Assembly: GCF_964355755.1 (NCBI RefSeq)
Contig: NC_092672.1
Span: 9,548,001-9,612,000, forward strand
Direction of reading: 5' to 3'
DNA from: Antedon mediterranea
Taxonomy: Eukaryota > Animalia > Echinodermata
Length of the DNA: 64,000 nucleotides
Numbering within the stretch: the first letter of the stretch is position 1; every line of letters starts with the position of its first letter. The notes under the pieces are model-generated. The model saw only the letters and a list, made by a program, of their open reading frames with translations, made no database searches and was not told where the DNA came from. Both the position numbers and the translations under genes were made by a program. This document shows positions 44,701 to 54,463 of the stretch, in pieces.

Positions 44701-47700
44701 ACACCTCTGCACATGCGCATCAATCAAAGCCCTTCACCCATGCTGCTGCTGCTAGCTAGCTCACGAAAAACAATAAACAGACCGAAATTATGTTCACCGT
44801 ACGTACGTACGTACGTAGGCCTTTTTGCCGTTAAAAACACATTGAGAAACAATAATTTACTATTGTAACATGTTTTATTGGTACAGTAAATAATGTAACT
44901 TTTAAAAAAGGTAAATTGAATTACTGTAGCTTAATATTAATAAAGTAGGCCTAGGCCTATCAGTATTTATTTAATTAAAACTAGATTGACACAATCATAG
45001 CCTAGCCTAGGCCTTCCCTACGCTAGGAGACCGTACCGGGCAGCATTCGGTGACAAGGTGATGACTTTAAAAATATGTTTTCAGGAAACCGGACTTTCGA
45101 AAAACCGGAAAATATATGCCCGCCCAAGGGTGTCCGGCATTGGGAGAGTTGACTGTATTATAACTGTGAAAAGGGTATTATAACTGTGAAAAGGGTATTA
45201 TAACTGTGAAAAGGGTATTATAACTGTGAAAAGGGTATTATAACTGTGAAAAGGGTATTATAACTGTGAAAAGGGTATTATAACTGTGAAAAGGGTATTA
45301 TAACCGTGAAAAGGGTATTATAACCGTGAAAAGGGTATTATAACCGTGAAAAGGGTATTATAACTGTGAAAAAGGTATTATAACTGTGAAAAGGGTATTA
45401 TAACTGTGAAAAGGGTATTATAACTGTGAAAAGGGTATTATAACTGTGAAAAGGGTATTATAACTGTGAAAAGGGTATTATAACTGTGAAAAGGGTATTA
45501 TAACCGTGAAAAGGGTATTATAACTGTGAAAAGGGTATTATAACTGTGAAAAGGGTATTATAACTGTGAAAAGGGTATTATAATTGAATAAAATAAGTTT
45601 TATCAATTCTGTAATTAATTGATTCATCAATAATAATGTTCAGAAATGAAAGTAAAAAACTAGAAACTGATTAAAACACAACAAATTCCAAGTATTCACT
45701 CACCTGCTGTGGTGCATTAATAACACCTGTATTGTAACCAAATTGTAAAGACGAACCAATCACAGCTGACGCAACAGTGAATGTAAGTACTTTAGTCACT
45801 TTTCCCTAAAAAAATAGAAAATATCTATTTTATTTTATTCTAGTTAAATTGGTGTTTTTTTTTCATTAAGGTCATAAATATAACTTGTACAGTATCTCTA
45901 TGGTCTGAAAGCAATGGTCAATTTTGGCCTGATGGCCAATAAAGATTATGGCTGGTCTGTAAAACTTCCCAGTAGCTGGTGTGTTATTAACAGACAGTAG
46001 ATACTGCATCTGATTAAAATAAAATGTCAATCAATATGGGGGTTAAATACATCAGAGTGGGCTTATCGTAGGATGGGATTATACCCAAGGATGGGCTTAT
46101 ATTGGAAGATGGGCTTATAACCAAGGCTGGGCTTATATTGAAAGATGGGCTTATAACTAAGGGTGGGCTTATATTGGAAGGTGGGCTTATAACCAAGGGT
46201 GGGCTTATATTGGAAGATGGGCTTATAACCAAGTGTGGGCATATATTCGAAATGGGCTTATACTACTCAAGGGTGGGCTTGTATTTGAAGGTGCACTTTA
46301 TGGTCAGTATGGTATTGATTGGTGCTACTATTGTAGTTGTTCTAGAATAAACGGCACCAGGAGTTGTTCATGAGACTTGAGAGTTTTTAGAGGTCGTTTA
46401 TCATTTGTGAGGGTTATTCAAGGGTGATGGGGAGGCACTACAGTAATTCTAAAAGAAGTTTTATAGGGAGAATTTTTTGAGCAAATACAGTAACAACTTT
46501 AATACTTCAAATAAATGGTTTTAAGTTTGTTTTTAGAGCAGAATCAATAAGATAAATTGCCAGCTAAAGGTTAGCTAAGCAATGGGAAATTCATGTTTTA
46601 TTAAAGGCATTATAAACAAAATAAAGCTTGTAAGTAAATAAAGCAACCATAAAAAAATAATTTTTTTTGCAGGTTAAGAAGATTGCACTATACTTCTAGA
46701 CTATTTACTATTGGTTACAAAATATGTTAAACTGGTCAATGTCAATGGAATATTAAGATAATTGTTGGATAAGGTTACAGTACAATGGGTAAAAGGCATG
46801 TTTTATTAATGTTTACATGCACATTTAAAGCTTATAAATATTCAAATATAAAAAAGGAGGTGGTGGTTTTATAGGTTGAGAAGATCACTTCCTAGCAACA
46901 AGATCTATTTATTTACTGTTGGTTATAAAAATAATAAACTGGTCAATAATTAATGTATACATGTCAATGACCATGTGTGTGAGTAAACACACACAGTGCA
47001 ACATATATCATATAATATTAGTACTGTATGTGATTCTCAACAATGATTACAGTACTGCCAACAATCGATAGATGATAAAAACACTTACTAATCCATTTAT
47101 TGTTGATAACTCAGTTTTAAAAACAAAACAATAAATGTTTAAAAAGCTATTCAACAAAAACAAAAACAGTTGTGTTTTTTTTTATTCCAAACTTTAAAAT
47201 CACACCTTTTTTTTTTGCTGCACCAGTGTCATCTTGAAAATTAAATTTACAAATTCCAATGATGGGTTGAATGGTTAATTAAGACAAACTAAGTTGCAAA
47301 CTATTTAGCCAAGGTGATGGATGGCCTAAAATAAAATTCAGACGTTTCACAAATATGCTACTGGTATCATTTGTTTCAACAGAACTTCAGCGGAACATGT
47401 GAACCTAACCTCAAATTTTATCCACAAACAACAACAAACAAATTAATCTGCTCGTGTACAAAAACCTTAGTTACGTTGAGAATTCTATTCCTTATCAATA
47501 TCATCAAACAAACTAAAATGTTCATATAATGTAAATACTAAAACATGGTTTGATAATACAGTACACATAATTCTGCCAAAATCTCTTCTTGTTATAATTA
47601 TATTGTATCGCTAAACTAAGTGAGAAAAATCAGATTCACTGGCATCAATTTTTCATACATTATTCCACTGAGGCTGAGCTCTTAACTAGGCCTACGCTAG

Positions 47701-50700
47701 CTAGGCACAGTTTATTATTTGATAGAAACTAAATAAATAGGCCTGGCCCTAGCTAGATGATACGGGATCCAGTCAAGTCGCCCCATCGCAAAGTCGCCCC
47801 ATACAGGGTCGCCCCATCGCAAAGTCGCCCCGGCACAGTCGCCCCATCGCAAAGTCGCCCCATTACAAAGTCGCCCCATTACAAAGTCGCCCCATCGCAA
47901 ATTCGCCCCATCGCAAAGTCGCCCCAACGCAAAGTCGCCCACGGTTTTAATCATATTGGTTGCGTTTGATATCGATTGCGTTGTTACTTTGGTCGCGCTA
48001 AATGTCGTATACAGTATAATGTTTATCCTATATACATAATTTGTGTTTTAATTTTTATTTTACAGGTTTTAATGGAGTGATGTGCTTTTTAAAAATCATT
48101 AAAAAAATAGTCCCTTGTTTGAAAGTTCTAAAAAGATTATCCCTGATTTATAGTTTCGAAAATGTTAATTTAATATGATTTTAAAATTAGTTACCAGAGC
48201 CACAATTACGAATCTTTCTTCAACCTACGCGTGGATACCAGCTCATTTTTTAGGATAAGCTAATTTTTTAGGATAATATAATAAATGTATAATGTGTAGT
48301 AGCCTAGGCCTTCGTATAGATTTACAGTAGTTAAAACAATAACAGTGTTGTAAGACAATGAGTGTTATAGGCTACTTATTGATCATTTTGCATTTATTGA
48401 CAAGTTATGTGTCTTTTACTTTTCAAAATAAAGAAATAAAAAAAAAAGGATTTCATCGCCGATATGATTGTTTTACATGCAGGTATTTTAGTAAAATTAA
48501 AACGCTACATTTTGACCATGGAAAAACCATCGTACAGTATCGTGTGCGTGTTTTTTAAAAAGGGGAATCCCCGACGGTCAGCAGAAAGACGTAGCAGCTG
48601 TGAGGAAACAGATACCAGAAGGCGCAGCTCCGATTGGTTTCAGAGAATGTTTCAGATGGCGAGTCGCCTTTTATTCAACAGCACAATGATCATTTTTCTG
48701 AAGAAATTCTTTTCAACCCCTTTGGTTAGGCCTAGAACATTCTAATTATCATGCCTAAAAAATATCCTCATATCGGGTATTTATCTAATTTTAAATGAAA
48801 CAAGACAGTGAAGAGGCACGGAATAATACGTACACGGACGTACGACGAATACACACACGCACGTCATCATTTACGACATATAGTGGTGATATGATGCAAT
48901 TTTATAATGGATATAATGATGGGATTGCCTTTCCAGGCTTACAATCAATGTTCATTACGTAATACTATGTATATAATAGTAAACTGAATGTTTATAAATA
49001 AATTGTTTTACGTAATTTGTTGCATATAAAATAAAAGACACAGACGTAGCCTACGTTTCCTATAAAATATTTCACATTTAAATAATTATGTACTGTTAAA
49101 TGACATTATGCTGGATAATATTATAATCTTAAACTATGTTTACAAATTATTAATATAGGCCTAATAATAATAATACATATTCATCGACCAAAGTAAAAAT
49201 AATCTAGATCGTATAACATTATTTTATCGCGACCAAATTTAAACGCGACTGATTTCGAACGCGACTGATATCATCGTAAAACTCCGGTGGGGTTTCCCCA
49301 TCTTCAGATGGTGCGTTGTAGTACGACGACAACGGCGGAGTAATTACGGGCGGGGGTTTCCCTCTGGTAAGCTAGCACGTTAGTGCGACCGCGGAGTGAT
49401 TAGTCGGGGGCTTCCTCTCTGATGATGGGGGTGCGTGCCGATTGTGTGACCTGAGACTACATGGCGGGGCTTCCCCTTTTTATGCCTACACGTTCCGTGT
49501 TATTTTGTGTATCATTGCGACATTTTACGCACTTGTAAACTATTTTTTAACGTTTTGGGGCGACTTTGCGATAGGGCGACTATGTGATGGGGCGACTTTG
49601 CGATGGGGCGACTTTGCGATGGGGCGACTTTGCGTTGGGGCGACTTTGCGTTGGGGTGACTTTGCGTTGGGGCGACTTTGCGATGGGGCGACTTTGCGAT
49701 GGGGCGACTGTGTCGGGGCAACTTTGCGATGGGGCGACTTTGCGATGGGGCGACTGTGTAAGGGGCGACTTTGTATGGGGCGACTTTGCGATGGGGCGAC
49801 TTGACTAGCATCCGATGATACGGGATCCAGTCAAGTCGCCCCATCGCAAAGTCGCCCCATACAAAGTCGCCCAATACAAAGTCGCCCCATCGCAAAGTCG
49901 CCCCAAAACAAAGTCGCCCCGGCACAGTCGCCCCATTACAAAGTCGCCCCATCGCAAAGTCGCCCCAACGCAAAGTCGCCCCAACGCAAAGTCGCCCCAA
50001 CGCAAAGTCGCCCCATCGCAAAGTCGCCCACGGTTTTATTTCGGAAGTGCCGCCGCTAGTAGTACGCTGTTTTAATCATATAGCGGTTGCGTTTGATATC
50101 GATTGCGTTGTTACTTTGGTCGCGCTAAATGTCGTATACATTATAATGTTTATCCTATTATATACATAATTTGTGTTTTAATTTTTATTTTACAGGTTTT
50201 AATGGAGTGATGTGCTTTTTAAAAATCATTAAAAAATAGTCCCTTGTTTGAAAGTTCTAAAAAGATTTCGAAAAGATTATCCCTGATTTATAGTTTCGAA
50301 AATGTTAATTTAATATGATTTTAAAATTAGTTACCAGAGCCACAATTACGAATCTTTCTTCAACCTACTCGTGGATACCAGCTCATTTTTTAGGGATAAT
50401 ATAATAAGTGTATAAATAGTAGGCCTTCGTATATTTACAGTAGCCTAAAACAATAACAGCGTTGTAAGACAATAAATGTTATATAGGCTACTTAGCTAGG
50501 CCTATTGATCATTTTGCATTTATTGACAAGTTATGTGTCTATAGTTATTTAATTTTAATTATGACTTTTCAAAATGAAGAAATAAAAAAAAGGGGATTTC
50601 TTCGCCGATATGATCGTTTTACACATGCAGGTATTTTAGTAAAATTAAAACGCTACATTTTGACCATGGAAAAGCCATCGTACAGTATGATTATCGTGTG

Positions 50701-52169
50701 CGTGTTTTTTAAAAAGGGGAATCCCCGACGGGCAGCAGAAAGACGTAGCAGCTGTGAGAAGGAAACAGATACCAGAAGGAGCAGCTCCGATTGGTTTCAG
50801 AGAATGTTTCAGATTGCGAGTCGCTTTTTATTCAACAGCAGAATGATCATTTTATTGAAGAAATTCTTTTCAACCCTTTTGGTTATAGAACATTCTAATT
50901 ATCATGCCTAATAAATATCCTCATATCGGGTGTTTATTTAATTTTAATAAACAAGACAGTGAAGAGGCACGGAATAATACGTACACGGACGTACGACGAA
51001 TACACACATGCACGTCATCATTTACGACATATAGTGGCGATATGATGCAATTTTATAATGGATATAATGATGGGATTGCATTTCAAGGCTTATAATCAAT
51101 GTTCATTGTAATACTATGTATATAATAGTAAACTGAATGTTTATAAATAAATTGTTTTACCTAATTTGTTGCATATAAAAAATAAAAGACACATACGTAC
51201 TAGCCTACGTTCCCTATAAAATATTTCACATTTAAATTTATGTACTGTTAAATGACATTATGCTGAATAATAGGCTTACTATAATCTTAAACTATGTTTA
51301 CAAATTGTCATTTTTAAGGCACACATCTTTCTCTCATCATAGACCTCAGTGTAAAATAAAAACAAAAATCAATTATTAACATAGGTCTATAATAATAATA
51401 TTCATCGACCAAAGTAAAAATAATCTATCGTATAACATCATTTTATCGCGACCAAAATTAAACGCCACCGATTTCGAACGCGACTGATATCATCGTAAAA
51501 CTCCGACGGGGTTTCCCCATCTTCAGATGGTGCGTTGTAGTGCGACAACGGCAGAGTAATTACGGGGGTTTCCCTCTCTGGTGAGAGCTAGCACTTTAGT
51601 GCGACCGCGGAGTGATTAGTTGGGGGCTTCCTCTCTGATGATTGGGGAGCGTGCCGATCATGTTACCTGAGACTACATACATGGCGGGGCTTCCCCTTTT
51701 ATTTCCGTGTTATTTTGTGTATCATTGCGACATTTTACGCACTTTTAAACTATTTTTTAACGTTTTGGGGCGACTTTGCGATGGTGCGACTTTGCGTTGG
51801 GGCGACTTTGCGTTGGGGCGACTTTGCGATGGGGCGACTTTGCAATGGGGCGACTGTGTCAGGGCGACTTTGTTTTGGGGCGACTTTGCGATGGGGCGAC
51901 TGTGTATGGGGCGACTTTGTATGGGGCGACTTTGCGATGGGGCGACTTGACTAGCATCCGATGATACTAGGCCTATACTATACTATACACCATGCCTAGC
52001 TAAAGGCAAGAGGAGTGAGTAGGCTTGCATGACCTGGCTGGGGCCCCTAGCTAGGCCCTACTCTACACTAACAGTAGTCATCATATACCACCGCTAGGCC
52101 TACCTCATGCTTTCCCTCGTCAAAGTTAGACATCTCTTGGCTGTGCTTCGTCTCCTCATTTAATGGCAT
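11544..52169 (-). CDS. SLC2A1: Facilitative glucose transporter, class I (GLUT1/3/4-like), 12 coding exons, 510 aa; join(complement 52104-52169, 45704-45805, 42316-42476, 33846-33970, 30686-30826, 25783-25920, 25379-25566, 24871-24981, 23803-23904, 16089-16164, 12106-12233, 11544-11738)
   Basis: All exons have GT-AG boundaries with compatible phases and total 1533 nt. Sugar-porter motifs: [82 protein letters not shown]. The exact vertebrate orthologue (1/2/3/4) cannot be resolved by eye. Confidence 0.93.
12106..12233 (-). CDS. SLC2A1: GLUT exon 11
   Basis: [43 protein letters not shown]. Confidence 0.95.
12691..13311. mobile_element. Kolobok-like MITE; partial relative at ~23391-23630
   Basis: TTAA on both sides, imperfect TIR AGACCCCTTCCCT / AGGGAAGGGGGCT. 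Confidence 0.75.
13421..14555. mobile_element. Possible CACTA/Transib-like non-autonomous element
   Basis: CACTAT...ATAGTG ends; TE-like interior; no convincing TSD. Confidence 0.35.
16089..16164 (-). CDS. SLC2A1: GLUT exon 10
   Basis: [25 protein letters not shown]. Confidence 0.93.
16590..16850 (+). mobile_element. L2/CR1-type LINE 3' fragment
   Basis: Translates as RSLRS...[21 protein letters not shown]...[10 protein letters not shown], typical of the ORF2 C-terminus. Confidence 0.75.
17395..17522 (+). promoter_or_regulatory. Candidate promoter and non-coding first exon of the nested gene
   Basis: Inverted CCAAT (ctgATTGGtt, ~17397) and a perfect donor AG|GTGAGT at 17516/17517, upstream of the 20259 acceptor. 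The linkage is inferred. Confidence 0.35.
19460..20053. mobile_element. Harbinger-like MITE, upstream of the nested ORF
   Basis: TIR GCCTCATTCGCACTGGA flanked by TTAA on both sides. Confidence 0.8.
20460..21710 (+). CDS. Uncharacterised 416-aa single-pass membrane protein with tyrosine-motif-rich disordered tail (transmembrane adaptor-like), nested antisense in GLUT intron 9
   Basis: 1251-nt uninterrupted ORF in very AT-rich DNA. Strong Kozak context AAACATGG with an in-frame stop just upstream. Splice acceptor tttttcag at 20259 and AATAAA at 21917. N-terminal hydrophobic stretch [16 protein letters not shown] followed by a Cys/basic stretch CYKKFCKR. Confidence 0.8.
   Translation: MAKELIIAVISAIIGTALLYKIFSMCYKKFCKRQYIDYVPDDSEHGDNVVFESDCSETCGSNLHIKDTDFSEKQDEDNERGRKPSNSLLRRIGFPNFIHIGMKLSERRVSHGARHLSTFNPSGKRKDDTKLQMEKNPLAIEDQDNKQNTDDNVSQRRCGQEHENTIQQVFVEVHKPSVPLDISGAKVIEHEFEDLYLTPMIGHESINFHSKISNHLSKSEDILHKKVDSKSSESMEQNFKLTSDYKQRDNMLPSASMDNLPCTNRSPDEFEKGLVYSRPKESYLADEVQESPVYHLPNETYSSDNNLADQIQENPAYHYHNERYSTGNDSADQVPESLVYHLPNDTFSTSSYNTYSDTECAMDTADAAVSNLEHDTYVPMRPTNRPIFDMNECFYMNTPLDKTFQRRTFKDIIKKK
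22384..22780. mobile_element. Second copy of the same P-like MITE, in opposite orientation
   Basis: Same TIR, 7-bp TSD CTTTTAC, near-identical interior to 113-519. Confidence 0.88.
23803..23904 (-). CDS. SLC2A1: GLUT exon 9
   Basis: [34 protein letters not shown]. Confidence 0.95.
24871..24981 (-). CDS. SLC2A1: GLUT exon 8
   Basis: [37 protein letters not shown]. Confidence 0.95.
25379..25566 (-). CDS. SLC2A1: GLUT exon 7 (QLS motif in TM7)
   Basis: ALKRLR...[22 protein letters not shown]. Confidence 0.95.
25783..25920 (-). CDS. SLC2A1: GLUT exon 6
   Basis: [38 protein letters not shown]. Confidence 0.95.
28200..28477. mobile_element. Foldback MITE (MULE-like)
   Basis: Long TIR GGGTATTGCTAAACACCGCAAACCCCGCAAACC..., 8-bp TSD ATTCCTAC. 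Confidence 0.88.
29560..29742 (+). mobile_element. RTE-type LINE 3' end
   Basis: [17 protein letters not shown]...[13 protein letters not shown]-terminal motif followed by a (GACAAGGTA)n tail. Confidence 0.65.
30686..30826 (-). CDS. SLC2A1: GLUT exon 5
   Basis: [43 protein letters not shown]. Confidence 0.95.
31554..32744. mobile_element. hAT-like non-autonomous element
   Basis: TIR CAGGGATGTCACCA; flanks share TTTATG (imperfect TSD). Confidence 0.75.
33325..33470 (+). mobile_element. Second tRNA-derived SINE family; relative at ~15698-15920
   Basis: A box TAGCTTGGTGG, B box GGTTCAATCC; shared downstream CAACT.CACTC...AAATAAGAC. Confidence 0.55.
33846..33970 (-). CDS. SLC2A1: GLUT exon 4
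   Basis: [41 protein letters not shown]. Confidence 0.95.
34208..34445 (+). mobile_element. tRNA-derived SINE
   Basis: A box TGGCCGAGCGG, B box GGTTCGAGGC, conserved core, (CAATT)n tail. Confidence 0.8.
36240..37105. mobile_element. Harbinger deletion derivative with Myb/trihelix gene remnant (36642-36806, minus strand)
   Basis: TIR GGGTATGTTCAGACTCACGGAGTTACGGTGGAGTTA, TAA TSD; [24 protein letters not shown]...VFKEIASKL. Confidence 0.88.
37219..39334. mobile_element. TA-flanked DNA transposon (Tc1/mariner-like termini), composite interior
   Basis: TIR CAGTACCAGCGAGAATTACTGC, TA TSD, GGACGCG subterminal repeats. Confidence 0.85.
39515..41531. mobile_element. Unclassified ~2-kb non-autonomous DNA transposon
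   Basis: TIR TAGGTATCCCAATGAAA, 7-bp direct repeat CTAATAT on both sides. Confidence 0.8.
41820..42195 (+). mobile_element. tRNA-derived SINE, same family
   Basis: Same head and core as 34208. Confidence 0.8.
42316..42476 (-). CDS. SLC2A1: GLUT exon 3 (glycosylated loop NES, TM2)
   Basis: [11 protein letters not shown]...[29 protein letters not shown]; AG/GT boundaries. Confidence 0.95.
42801..45583. repeat. 20-bp minisatellite TATAAC(T/C)GTGAAAAGGGTAT, about 52 + 21 units, split by a transposon
   Basis: Directly visible arrays at 42801-43839 and 45156-45583. Confidence 0.97.
43840..45155. mobile_element. pogo/Tigger-like non-autonomous element inserted in the minisatellite
   Basis: TIR CAGTCAACTCTCCCAAT.CCGGAC, TA TSD, remnant [11 protein letters not shown] at 44508. 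Confidence 0.88.
45704..45805 (-). CDS. SLC2A1: GLUT exon 2 (TM1, [18 protein letters not shown])
   Basis: tttag|GGA acceptor, CAG|gtgag donor, conserved motif. Confidence 0.95.
46057..46285. repeat. 33-bp tandem repeat (GGGCTTATATTGGAAGATGGGCTTATAACCAAG..)
   Basis: Visible repeats; they explain the repetitive ORFs on both strands. Confidence 0.85.
47764..49813. mobile_element. Foldback/MULE-like element, copy A, with subterminal 16-bp AAAGTCGCCCCATCGC arrays
   Basis: Inverted terminal arrays; flanked by GATGATAC. Confidence 0.88.
49822..51959. mobile_element. Foldback/MULE-like element, copy B, head-to-tail with copy A
   Basis: Same termini and a homologous but diverged interior; flanked by GATGATAC. 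Confidence 0.88.
52104..52169 (-). CDS. SLC2A1: GLUT exon 1 ([22 protein letters not shown])
   Basis: ATG-started 66-nt frame ending at GAG|GTAGG, phase 0, matching exon 2. A second in-frame ATG could be the real start. Confidence 0.7.
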
Positions 52170-53690
52170 TCCGATGATGTTTTGTTGTCACACAGGCCTA
52201 GGTATTATTAATATTAGGGCCTACTAGGCCTAGCTAGAATCAAGTCAAAAACGTTAGTTTGGCAACTGTGTTTCGTCTCCTTCCTTCAACTTCCAACAAC
52301 GTTAATGGCAAGCTAGCATTGAGTTAAAAGAGTATGCGTTAACATGGTCAACACAATTACAAAAAGCATGCAAAAAGTAAGCCATGTGCGCAAAAATAAG
52401 TCACTCCCGAGATTTTGCCTTGACAAATTTGTTGCGGAAGTACGTTTTCCCAAATTGTAGCGGCCCTCACACGACGGGCATCAATGGTGTGTTTGTTGTA
52501 TGACGTTTCGTGTCGTCGTGTGGGGGCGGCGGGCCGCGATTTTTTTTTTCGTACATAAGTTGGGGACCCCCTCATGAAACGTCACAAAATAAACATGAAT
52601 AATTCATCAGTTAAATTTTCTTGTTCCGTGTGCACCCAAGAAGCGTATAGCAACAAGAAGTGATTACACAACTGCGATACTTTTACAGTAGGCCATAGAG
52701 ATATTATAGTGAACTGAGTAGGCCTAGGATTCTAAGTCAATTCACGTGATTGCCTTCGCGCACTCTTCTTCACACACACACACACCACTATGCAAAATGT
52801 GTCGAGTCGAGGCTAATCGACTGCTAGGCAAGACATTACACTAAGTAGTAATTCATTGGACATAGCCCAAAGAAAGCTTAGACCCACAAGAATAAAGAAT
52901 GTGTATAATTTGTGTACTGTATTTTTTAAATTCTGCTATTTTATTATCAAACAATATGCATTTAATCAAAGGAACTGCGCGTATATGAACACATGAGATG
53001 GGAAGGTTAGACCCACGAGAATAAAAAATGTATTTTGGTGTAATGTTTATTGTTTAATTTTGCTGACTCTAACACACACACGTCACACACACCAACACAG
53101 CTACTACTAGAATAGACATGGGTTTAGAGAATAGTAATTAGGCCTAATAGTATCAATAGAAACTATAATTTTAACACGTAATTCTTTAGTAATAAATTAT
53201 ATTAAACACACCATAAACTAAAGGCTGATTATTTCGACAATCCACACAAAACGCCGCTATTCTATTATGAAATCGCACGCGGCAACCACAGCGGAGATAG
53301 GCATAGAATCGTACCGCACTTGTGTAAACTACTGTAATCACTTCTTGTTGCTATACGCTTGGGTGCACACGGAACAAGAAAATTTAACTGATGAATTATT
53401 CATGTTTATTTTGTGACGTTTCATGAGGGGGTCCCCAACTTATGTACGAAAAAAAAAATCGCCGGCGGGCCGCCTGATGCAAAATAAATCACCTCATAAA
53501 TCATCATAAACAATTGGGAAAGACCAGTACCCCCCTCTCTCCTCCTCTCTCTCCCCGCAAAGAACGGACCCAACATCAACATACATGTCATTGCCGGCCT
53601 AGCCTGCTCGACGACTCCTTGAACTTGACCTTATTATATTGTATTAATAGTAGCCTTTTTACAACGTTGTAGGCATCATATTATAGGTAG
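52170..53690. promoter_or_regulatory. Bidirectional (head-to-head) promoter region of GLUT and PQLC2, including the probable non-coding first exon of PQLC2 (donor AG|GTAGGT at 53686/53687)
   Basis: Divergent gene starts, CpG/GC-richer patches, TGACGT half sites. Transcription start sites are not determinable. Confidence 0.6.
52536..53462. mobile_element. Mutator-like (MULE) foldback element in the bidirectional promoter
   Basis: ~130-bp near-perfect TIRs starting GCGATTTTTTTTTTCGTACATAAG; 9-bp TSD CGGCGGGCC at 52527-52535 and 53463-53471. Confidence 0.88.
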
Positions 53691-54463
53691 GTGTCCTGGT
53701 TTCAAATCAATCAACAAAATCGTATTTTTCTAGGCCTAGCTAGTAGCTAGTAGGGCCTTATTTATGGCCTATAAAGGCCTAGTAGGCCTAGGCTATGCTA
53801 TGATGTTTTTTTCTAGCCTAGGCCTAGTAGCTAGCTAGGGCCTAGCCCTAGCCAGGCATAATACCTAGGTAGGCCTAGAGGGCCTAGTAAACTAAAGCAC
53901 ATTATTTTTTGTTAATTTCAAAAGTCTCCAAAGTCATCCATACAGCAGTTTGATTGAGGTCTCTTTTCAGCACTTGATGTCTCTTTACCGACATTACCGT
54001 TACCCTCACTGAAAGAGATGCTGTTTGCGATTATAAATCTATTAATTTTGTATTTTTATGTACCGATCCCTTATGCTAATTTTGAGTAATATATAAGCTT
54101 GTACAACAATAATTCAATTGTTTTACTTGGTGCAATAATTTGTATTTGGATGTTTTTTAGGGCCAACTAACTCATTGAGTTGTAGTAATTCTTTTGCTTT
54201 AGGTCCCCCTGACCATTGTTCTATATGTTTATTGGAAGAATAAATAAATGAAAATGATATAAAAACAGTACTGTAATAAAAGTATAACACTGACTAAACA
54301 GGATTGATACAAACAAAAGCCAATAAAATATATTTTTATATTATTTAGGCCTAGGCGTAGAGTATTACTAGGATTATTAAAATATATTTAGACCTTTTCT
54401 TTTATTTCTTAGTGATGTTCTCACTTGGTTTTCAGATCACACTAATGCTAGGCCAGAATAAAG

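Noticed and set aside
42801-45583. CRISPR-like regular array
   Set aside because: Units are contiguous with no unique spacers, there are no cas genes, and the context is a eukaryotic intron.
46014-46350. [10 protein letters not shown] / [12 protein letters not shown] ORFs
   Set aside because: By-products of a 33-bp tandem repeat.
47715-51964. Repetitive ORFs ([16 protein letters not shown] / KSPHRKVAP)
   Set aside because: They are translations of 16-bp subterminal DNA repeats, open in several frames on both strands.
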